39,690 nucleotides of DNA from an uncultured Desulfovibrionaceae bacterium (GTDB taxonomy: Bacteria > Desulfobacterota > Desulfovibrionia > Desulfovibrionales > Desulfovibrionaceae): assembly GCA_964547565.1 (NCBI GenBank), contig CAZJOG010000002.1:1-39690 (forward strand). Reading direction: 5' to 3'. Below are positions 34,282 through 39,690 of this stretch, piece after piece (the first letter of the stretch is position 1; every line of letters begins with the position of its first letter). Made by a program: the position numbers and the translations under genes. The notes below the pieces were generated by a model. The model saw nothing but the letters and a program-made list of their open reading frames with translations, was not told the origin of the DNA and ran no database searches.

Positions 34282-34325
34282 TGTGTAAATATATATATGC
34301 TTAAGCATATATATATATTTACACA
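34282..34325. repeat. 44-nt near-perfect TA-rich palindrome
   Basis: TGTGTAAA(TA)nTGCTT|AAGCA(TA)nTTTACACA. The arms are identical except for one extra TA unit in the right arm. Confidence 0.9.
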
Positions 34326-34394
34326 TACACCAATTCCTGTGGTTTTTGAGGTTTATTTTTATTGTAACTTACTAAAATCATGTGTCTTTTTATC

Positions 34395-34480
34395 CTTGGG
34401 AACGCTTTGGGAATGGGAACGTGTTTTTCACAGTAACATATCGAATTTATTCACTCTAATGCTTGGGAACGCTTTGGGAA
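34395..34480. repeat. iteron-like direct repeats (TGGGAAYG x5; 19-nt unit x2)
   Basis: CTTGGGAACGCTTTGGGAA occurs at 34395..34413 and again at 34462..34480. The octamer TGGGAAC/TG occurs five times. Confidence 0.8.
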
Positions 34481-34487
34481 CGGCTTT

Positions 34488-34916
34488 TTACCAGAACTTT
34501 TGGAGTGGGGTAAACCCCGCTTCAATAATTCCCGTTCCATTTGCAAAATTCCCTGTCGGTACATCTAAGAATTTAGCCTGTGCCTTACCGTAGGTGCATT
34601 TCACAATGCGCCCTTCTTCAAGCATTTTTTGCGCCATATCTTCCATTCTATTCCGTGCAATAAGCATAAGCTCTGTTGGCAATTCTTCGCGTCTGTCATA
34701 AAGCCCTGTTCCCCCTGTTTTTGTAAACGGCCTGCCAACGGATGCCGCTTCTTTCACAATGTTCACAAGCAAGTCTTCCAAGAACCAAGACTGCTTTGCG
34801 CCATCTGTAAGATAGGTCTCCACTATACGCAAAAGGCCGCTTGTTTTGTCGCGTAACAGGGTTTTTGTGTTTGTATCTGCTGGGGCGTTGCTTTTCACCA
34901 CAGCACATTCAAACAC
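34488..34916 (-). CDS. hypothetical protein (early/late junction)
   Basis: 142-aa ORF, 22-nt overlap with the upstream primase-helicase end. No motif recognised. Confidence 0.45.
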   Translation of the reverse strand: MFECAVVKSNAPADTNTKTLLRDKTSGLLRIVETYLTDGAKQSWFLEDLLVNIVKEAASVGRPFTKTGGTGLYDRREELPTELMLIARNRMEDMAQKMLEEGRIVKCTYGKAQAKFLDVPTGNFANGTGIIEAGFTPLQKFW

Positions 34917-35995
34917 ATCTTTTCGATTATACCGTCTACATTTTTTTGCACACGCTTCATGGCTTCTGGGCTAGCCTGCCATATAGCAAGGGCACACCTT
35001 ACACCGTCCACCAGGGCAGAAGTGCCGCGTATAGCGTTTCGTGCCGCTTCTGGCCCTTTATCATTTTTGCTTGGCTTACTCATGTGGTGGGCAACAAGCA
35101 CACACGCCCCAGTTTCTTCTGCCAAAGAAGCTAACAAGGCATTGGTGTATTGCCCGGCTTGCGGGTCTGCGTTTACATCCACAGCCACAAAGGAAGCCAG
35201 AGGGTCAATGTTGATGAATTTTAGATTGGGTATACGTCTCAATTGTCTTTTAATACTCGTAAAGGTTTCTGTTTCACAAAAGCCATCCAGCCCTTTGTTG
35301 ACTACAAGCTGGATGGGGCCGCCAGCGTTGGGCAAGGGAATAATAAATAATCTGCCTTCTGCGTCTCTTCTCCTTTGTCCTGTAGGGTCAAGAGCCTGAA
35401 GGCGCTGGTGTATGCTTTCGCGGGAATCTTCCGCAGTAAAAATAACCGCCGCCCCGTGTTCGTTTACTTCTTTTCCCAGCCAGACATTATCCGCGTTAAG
35501 GTTTATGGGTGAAGCCTTCCCTGCTACTGTAAGGGCCAGATCAAGGGCAAGCATACCCTTGCCTGTGCCACCGCTTGCCGCCAGTAAACACGGCGCAGCC
35601 AGTGGAAGGGTTTCCTTTACCAGCCATTTTGTTTCCGGTGCTTCCCCGGAAAAAAGACGTATACCCCAATCCGCGATGCGTGGGCCTTTGCCTGCCACAG
35701 CGGCCTGTAAGCGCACGGCCTCCAAACCTTCTTTCTGGTGCAGGTCGTTAAAGTCTGTAGGGTTGCCAGACACATCTTTGAACTCTGGAAAAACCACCTC
35801 CGCACCCACCTCACGGGCGGTTTTGTAAGCGGCTTCCAGGCCTGGATTAAACGGCATCCCATTTTTTTTATTCCATTGGTCATTATCTGCGGCGATAACA
35901 AGGTGTGCCGCTGGCATGGCGCTGCGTATTTCTTGCGCTACCGGGGCAAGGTTGCCGCAATCCATAGCGGCAACCACGCTTGATCCCGTGGCCAT
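34895..35995 (-). CDS. primase-helicase, C-terminal part (Toprim + RecA-like/AAA_25 ATPase) of a frameshifted gene
   Basis: The frame continues upstream of the listed ATG as GEGDIVYICEGYATAASLY (Toprim E motif). Then IAADNDQWN (Toprim DxD) and P-loop LLAASGGTGKGMLALDLAL. Confidence 0.75.
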   Translation of the reverse strand: MATGSSVVAAMDCGNLAPVAQEIRSAMPAAHLVIAADNDQWNKKNGMPFNPGLEAAYKTAREVGAEVVFPEFKDVSGNPTDFNDLHQKEGLEAVRLQAAVAGKGPRIADWGIRLFSGEAPETKWLVKETLPLAAPCLLAASGGTGKGMLALDLALTVAGKASPINLNADNVWLGKEVNEHGAAVIFTAEDSRESIHQRLQALDPTGQRRRDAEGRLFIIPLPNAGGPIQLVVNKGLDGFCETETFTSIKRQLRRIPNLKFINIDPLASFVAVDVNADPQAGQYTNALLASLAEETGACVLVAHHMSKPSKNDKGPEAARNAIRGTSALVDGVRCALAIWQASPEAMKRVQKNVDGIIEKMCLNVLW

Positions 35996-36717
35996 GTACA
36001 GAGAGGCAGCCGTGGCGTATCCCTCGCAAATATAAACAATGTCTCCTTCACCTGTAAGCCAAAAAAATTGCCCTTCTTTTCCATGCCTGGCAAAAAGCGT
36101 TTTTCGCCACTTGAAAAAATTCTTTGAAGGCCGCGTAATTCTCCGGCTTTGTTGATAATCGGTACAAGAAGCGTATCGTCCTTGATTCTAAGCCCAAAGG
36201 AAGGTACGCCCTTCGCAGACAAATAGCTGTGCATCGTGGTCTTGGCTATTGGTACCGGCTGTGCTTCCGCCCAAGTGGCAACTGCGCTTTTGGCGGCTTT
36301 GTCTGCCTCGTCTCGTTTCTCCTTGGTCCGTGCCAACGCGGACTGCCCCAGATACTCACGAAACTTTTGTTCTGCTTCAAGTTTAATCGCGTTACTTTTG
36401 TTGCTCAGGGTTACATATTCTGGCATATCCCGAAGCGAAAAAAACGTATGCACTTCGGATTCTTCTTTCCAAGAACCAAACTGTCCACCTGGGAACGTGT
36501 CTGGAAAAAACACATACCACCCAGATTCTTTTCCCCACCGCTCATCTGCCAGTTGGAAGCGGTGAATTTTTCCATCCGCTAAAATTTCAGGTGTTCCATA
36601 GCCTGCTTCCGCAATACGAGAGCGGAAAGCCTGTATAGCCCTGAATAAGTCAACCTTTGGCGCAAGAGATAGCTGGTCTCCTGTGCCACCCTGCGGGACA
36701 TGATTGAGGTCGAGCAT
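35938..36717 (-). CDS. primase-helicase, N-terminal part (P4-type primase N-domain) of a frameshifted gene
   Basis: ATG 36717 follows GGGGAG, 10 nt after the upstream stop. ...ILADGKIHRFQLADERWGKESGWYVFFPDTFPGGQFGSWKE is typical of P4/plasmid primases. The frame is lost at the A7 run 36061..36067. Confidence 0.7.
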   Translation of the reverse strand: MLDLNHVPQGGTGDQLSLAPKVDLFRAIQAFRSRIAEAGYGTPEILADGKIHRFQLADERWGKESGWYVFFPDTFPGGQFGSWKEESEVHTFFSLRDMPEYVTLSNKSNAIKLEAEQKFREYLGQSALARTKEKRDEADKAAKSAVATWAEAQPVPIAKTTMHSYLSAKGVPSFGLRIKDDTLLVPIINKAGELRGLQRIFSSGEKRFLPGMEKKGNFFGLQVKETLFIFARDTPRLPLCTWPRDQAWLPLWIAATLPR

Positions 36718-36727
36718 GGCTCTCCCC

Positions 36728-37465
36728 TTATGCCCAGCAGGTCTGGGAATAGGAACACATACGGCACGAGAGGCTGGCCTCGCTTCCCGCGCCTGTGGGA
36801 ACCCATTCCCCATGCTTACAGGCTTCTAAAACACGCCTGCCACGGGTGATCAGCCCTTGGAAAGTATGCTCTTCAAAACCCACAAGCTCGTGGTGCAGCT
36901 CCAGAGTATCGGCATTAACAAAGGTGATCAGCCCTTTATCAAGGCCCATACCGCCCATATAAAGCTGCATTTGGGCAAAATATTTGGGGTACGCATGGCG
37001 CACCTTCTCTTTTACAACCTGCCGCCAGCCCTTGGCATTTACACATTTGTTTTCCCAGAGGGCAGGCAGGGGAAAAGGAGAAGCCTCAGCACCGCGCCAC
37101 AGGGCAAAGATACCATCTAAATGCCCTTGGATATTATTTTCGCAGAAGGAAACCTTAAACTGCGTGTGAGTGGCGGGATCTTCTGTAAGAAGCACAAAGC
37201 CGGCAGAAGCAAACCAATCGGCGGCACGGGCTTCCGCATCTACTCCCCGCGCAAAAATGCGGCGTACACGGGGCGGAAAATCATCTGGTATATCTATCCT
37301 GAACACGGTTTTCAGGGCTTCGTACTGCACGGCACGTTCGCACTCATGCCCAAGAATGGAACAACCAAGATAATTGCGCTTTTCTTCCGTTTTTTCAGCA
37401 ATAGCTTTATCAAGAAGCCAGTTTATCCTGTCCGACAAAGCTGTTGAGGAGTTCAAATTTATCAT
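36728..37465 (-). CDS. PD-(D/E)XK nuclease, Cas4/RecB-like with Cys cluster
   Basis: 245 aa. N-terminal GCSILGHECERAV, HLDG, WENKC (E-x-K), C-terminal C...CRMCSYSQTC. This is the Cas4-like 4-Cys arrangement. Confidence 0.65.
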   Translation of the reverse strand: MINLNSSTALSDRINWLLDKAIAEKTEEKRNYLGCSILGHECERAVQYEALKTVFRIDIPDDFPPRVRRIFARGVDAEARAADWFASAGFVLLTEDPATHTQFKVSFCENNIQGHLDGIFALWRGAEASPFPLPALWENKCVNAKGWRQVVKEKVRHAYPKYFAQMQLYMGGMGLDKGLITFVNADTLELHHELVGFEEHTFQGLITRGRRVLEACKHGEWVPTGAGSEASLSCRMCSYSQTCWA

Positions 37466-37637
37466 ACGATTTTTTCCTGTATGGGCATTGTTTGCATACT
37501 ATCGCACTCACTATTTTTGCGGTTCTGTCATTGTTGGGGCAGTGTTTACCGTCCACAACAGCGGGGTGTTTGCAGATTTTTACAGCATAGATAAGGCGGC
37601 TTTGTTCACCGTGCTGAACCCCAAACACACAGGGCAT
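37410..37637 (-). CDS. small Cys/His-rich hypothetical protein
   Basis: ATG 37637 lies 2 nt after the upstream TAA. 75 aa with C..H...C.....C..C pattern. Overlaps the nuclease start by 56 nt, so uncertain. Confidence 0.3.
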   Translation of the reverse strand: MPCVFGVQHGEQSRLIYAVKICKHPAVVDGKHCPNNDRTAKIVSAIVCKQCPYRKKSYDKFELLNSFVGQDKLAS

Positions 37638-37639
37638 AC

Positions 37640-37972
37640 TTATGGGCATGGTTTCCACTCTTCATTCAGAAAGCGGATACACGTTGCCACAACATCCAAA
37701 CACTCATCCCGCGCCCGTGCTTCATTAGCCTGGTCTATTTCCTTCTCCATTTCCTTTATTTCAGCGTAGATAACACCAAAGGCTTCCCACATGCCTTCTG
37801 CAAATACAGGGTGCTTTTTACGGGCATGTTTAAGGCGGTCTGTTATTTCTTTGGCTAGTCTTTCTTGTGGTGTAAGGTGCAACAGCGCTTTTTGGGGTTT
37901 ACATGCAAAGCAGTAGTTCCTGCTGGCGCGGTTCTCAAACTTTTTTTTGCACTTTTTGCAGGTGAGTATCAT
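37640..37972 (-). CDS. hypothetical protein with N-terminal zinc-ribbon
   Basis: ATG 37972 follows GAGGAAAG. CKKCKKKF...CFAC pair of CxxC motifs. 110 aa. Confidence 0.5.
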   Translation of the reverse strand: MILTCKKCKKKFENRASRNYCFACKPQKALLHLTPQERLAKEITDRLKHARKKHPVFAEGMWEAFGVIYAEIKEMEKEIDQANEARARDECLDVVATCIRFLNEEWKPCP

Positions 37973-37982
37973 GGAGCTTTCC

Positions 37983-38186
37983 TCATTTTTGTTTTTGCTC
38001 AGCAAAGTCTTCGCAATATGCCTTTAAGGCAAGTGCATGTTCTCCCCCTACACCTCGTTTCCCGCTTAAAAAAAGTGATAAAAGAGGCTGGGATACTCCC
38101 GTTTGTAAGGCTATATCTGTTTGTTTTAGACCTTCCCTTGCCATGACCCCCAAAAGGGTTTCTCGAAGCGATATTATCATTTCCAT
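37983..38186 (-). CDS. Cro-like HTH (XRE family) regulator
   Basis: LKQTDIALQTGVSQPLLSLFLSGKRG is an HTH. The gene is divergent from the CI-like repressor. ATG 38186 sits 6 nt after a TATTAT -10, so the mRNA may be leaderless. The TTG at 38204 in the track is rejected. Confidence 0.65.
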   Translation of the reverse strand: MEMIISLRETLLGVMAREGLKQTDIALQTGVSQPLLSLFLSGKRGVGGEHALALKAYCEDFAEQKQK

Positions 38187-38199
38187 GAAATGATAATAT
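38171..38199. promoter_or_regulatory. operator-like 29-bp palindrome
   Basis: ATATTATCATTTC-CAT-GAAATGATAATAT, 13-bp perfect arms. The 3-nt spacer is the Cro-like start codon. Confidence 0.6.
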
Positions 38200-38221
38200 T
38201 TCAAAAGAAAATTTTTTACAA
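38193..38221 (-). promoter_or_regulatory. sigma-70-like promoter of Cro-like gene
   Basis: Minus strand: TTGTAA-17 nt-TATTAT. The -10 lies inside the palindrome arm. Confidence 0.4.
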
Positions 38222-38241
38222 GTTAAAAGTTCATTTGAAAA

Positions 38242-38270
38242 GTGACATGGGGTATTTCAACTGATATACA
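38242..38270 (+). promoter_or_regulatory. sigma-70-like promoter of repressor gene
   Basis: GTGACA-17 nt-TATACA. It overlaps the imperfect palindrome GTATTTCAACTGATATAC (38252..38269). Confidence 0.3.
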
Positions 38271-38288
38271 GCCAGAAAAGGAGTTACT

Positions 38289-38942
38289 ATGGACATCACA
38301 ACTTTTTTACGCGAAAAAATATCTAGTGCCATTCCTCAACAATTCAAAAACATAGCTGAAATCGCAGAAAAAGCAGGTGTCAATCAGCCAAATCTGAATG
38401 CCTTTATTAATGGTGACAGAAAAAGTATGAAATTGGAAACCGCTTGGAAACTGATGGAGCTACTTGGTTTAAGCATCCAAGAAGAAAGCCATGGCGTAAT
38501 AAAGCGTATTGCCCCTTATGCTCCACAAGAAGAAGTTATCGGAAAAGATGTTGTTTACATTGATGTATTACGCGAAGTAGGGGCAGGGACTGAGGTGGAG
38601 TTGGTAGAAGAGTCTCAGGTAACACGAATTCCTGTTTTGCCAAGTTATGCAGGAAAAAATGTTTACGGATATTATGTTATTGGTGATAGTATGGAACCAA
38701 CAGTCAAGAAATTTTCGTATGTTGGCGTAGACCTTGGCGACAAAACCCTCCAAGAAGGGCAAATGTATCTTTTTGAAAACTCTGATGGCGGAATGATGAT
38801 AAAGCGTATAAAATTTGATAAGCGAGGAAAATATATGCTTTGCTCCGACAATAAAGAGTATTCTCCAATAGATTTTAACGCGATGAAAAAAAGTGGCATG
38901 AAAGTAACAGGGAGAGTTAGCTGGGTTTTATTAAGGACATAA
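38289..38942 (+). CDS. CI/LexA-like repressor (HTH + S24 peptidase)
   Basis: AAAAGGAG RBS. N-terminal HTH IAEIAEKAGVNQPNLNAFING, candidate Ala-Gly cleavage site in REVGAGTE, C-terminal VIGDSMEPT (Ser) and MMIKRIK (Lys) dyad. Confidence 0.85.
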   Translation: MDITTFLREKISSAIPQQFKNIAEIAEKAGVNQPNLNAFINGDRKSMKLETAWKLMELLGLSIQEESHGVIKRIAPYAPQEEVIGKDVVYIDVLREVGAGTEVELVEESQVTRIPVLPSYAGKNVYGYYVIGDSMEPTVKKFSYVGVDLGDKTLQEGQMYLFENSDGGMMIKRIKFDKRGKYMLCSDNKEYSPIDFNAMKKSGMKVTGRVSWVLLRT

Positions 38943-38981
38943 GAAAACAATTCCCGCCGCAGCGGGAAAAAGGGGGAGGAA

Positions 38982-39458
38982 ATGGAAGCGTATCACCTTT
39001 GTGGGACAAAACTTAGTGTAGGATCAGTAATTTTGCCAGGAAATTGGGGGAGAATAATTCATAAGTACCCTTTTCCATATATCGATCAGACACATGCAAT
39101 AAACATTACACAAGAGTATATATTAGAAAAAATTAGACTTGAGTACAACCCCGATTTACCAAGTAGACTAAAAAGCCTTTTTTGTTGCCCAAATGAGGAA
39201 TCCGCAAGAAATTTTTCACAATTGCGTTCCTCTGATATTATTTACAAAGTACATATCAACGATGAAAGTCTTCCACTATTCTATGGTTCATGGAGTCATG
39301 TATTACCTATACGAGTAGTTGAAAATCAAATGTTTTTGATTGCAGAGCTGGAGCAAAATGCAAAGTTATATTGGGAAACCGATTGGCTTACTACCTCCCC
39401 TACAACAGCAGAAATTATTACGCTTTCCCCTGTTACAATTACAGATATTTTATCGTAA
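38982..39458 (+). CDS. hypothetical protein (lysogeny-expressed cargo candidate)
   Basis: GGGGGAGG RBS, 158 aa, AT-rich, co-oriented with and 40 nt downstream of the repressor gene. No motif recognised. Confidence 0.5.
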   Translation: MEAYHLCGTKLSVGSVILPGNWGRIIHKYPFPYIDQTHAINITQEYILEKIRLEYNPDLPSRLKSLFCCPNEESARNFSQLRSSDIIYKVHINDESLPLFYGSWSHVLPIRVVENQMFLIAELEQNAKLYWETDWLTTSPTTAEIITLSPVTITDILS

Positions 39459-39690
39459 CGAGTCATAAAAATTTCTTTCTTCCTTAGTAGCCTTTCTATA
39501 GTGCTGCCACCCCTCAAATGTTGTCATAGGTTTCCAGCCGTATGCAGGGCCGCCACCAAGAGGAGACATTGCAGCAATATTGCGCACATTCGCCACATGA
39601 GAACCTGTTACCAATACTCTGTCAACACAAGAAAATAATAATTCCTGTGCATAATATTCCAATTCCTTCTTTTCTTCCTCACTAAGCCCC
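39450..39690 (-). CDS. hypothetical protein, C-terminal part (ORF open at right edge)
   Basis: The minus-strand frame is open from the window edge: ..GLSEEEKKELEYYAQELLFSCVDRVLVTGSHVANVRN...ERNFYDSLR-stop. No integrase motifs. Confidence 0.35.
   Translation of the reverse strand, partial: GLSEEEKKELEYYAQELLFSCVDRVLVTGSHVANVRNIAAMSPLGGGPAYGWKPMTTFEGWQHYRKATKEERNFYDSLR

Larger units (their letters stand above)
9299..39690. mobile_element. integrated prophage (left att at tRNA-Leu fragment; right end and integrase outside window)
   Basis: A contiguous block of phage genes (repressor/cro, replication, RusA, terminase, portal, capsid, lysis, fibres) starts immediately after a tRNA 3' fragment. 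Host-type metabolic genes stop at 8750. Confidence 0.9.

Noticed and set aside
34282-34325. TA-rich palindrome as an IS/MITE terminal repeat
   Set aside because: There is no second copy, no target duplication and no transposase nearby. Its context, next to iterons at the early/late junction, fits a regulatory or origin element better.
33850-34326. Long version of the RusA ORF (N-terminal MCKYIYMLKHIYIY...)
   Set aside because: The extension is simply the translation of the TA palindrome. An ATG at 34248 yields a canonical RusA N-terminus.
1-39690. CRISPR arrays, rRNA, complete tRNAs, a diversity-generating retroelement near the fibre genes, integrase
   Set aside because: No regularly spaced direct repeats, no reverse-transcriptase ORF or template/variable repeat pair, no full cloverleaf and no tyrosine or serine recombinase motifs were seen in any frame. 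The integrase is presumed to lie right of the window.

Overview
The 39.7-kb window has two parts. (1) nt 1-9298 is chromosomal DNA from a sigma-54-using, probably anaerobic Gram-negative bacterium. It holds two paralogous modules, each a divergent sigma-54 enhancer-binding activator, a -24/-12 promoter and an MFS transporter. The first module also carries a sulfatase-like (alkaline-phosphatase superfamily) enzyme whose nucleophile position is Thr. Between the modules lies a decayed patch: an alkaline-phosphatase-family gene stub, an IS481-type transposase HTH stub with an in-frame stop, and an AT-rich GNAT gene. (2) nt 9299-39690 is a prophage whose right end and integrase lie outside the window. 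It is bounded on the left by a 58-nt 3' fragment of tRNA-Leu(CAA), which I read as the att core. Nearly all phage genes are on the minus strand. From right to left they are: CI-like S24 repressor and Cro-like switch, Zn-ribbon proteins, PD-(D/E)XK nuclease, a primase-helicase split by a frameshift in an A7 run, an iteron plus TA-palindrome region, RusA, TerS, TerL, portal, tail fibre, GH108 endolysin plus holin, scaffold, major capsid, adaptor/nozzle-like proteins, a run of Gly-rich internal/ejection-type proteins including a 1030-aa giant, and a tail-collar fibre. I recognised no sheath, tube or tape-measure genes, so the phage is podovirus-like by inference only. The stand-out candidate for a new system is an AT-rich three-gene cassette (25020-27209) wedged directly behind the tail-fibre gene. 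It encodes a 104-aa protein ending in an alternating (Cys-X)n tail (11 Cys in the last 20 residues), a 210-aa acidic protein, and a radical-SAM enzyme with a SPASM-like C-terminal Cys cluster. This is a peptide/protein-maturation-like cassette inside a virion operon. Second: two paralogous modular virion proteins (17308-19044 and 30949-32061) share nuclease-like modules, Gly/Ala linkers and a glycine-zipper C-terminus that includes a 69-nt perfectly identical DNA stretch. One of the two sits between TerL and portal with its own terminator and promoter. All functional calls come from reading the translations and recalling motifs; no database search was possible.
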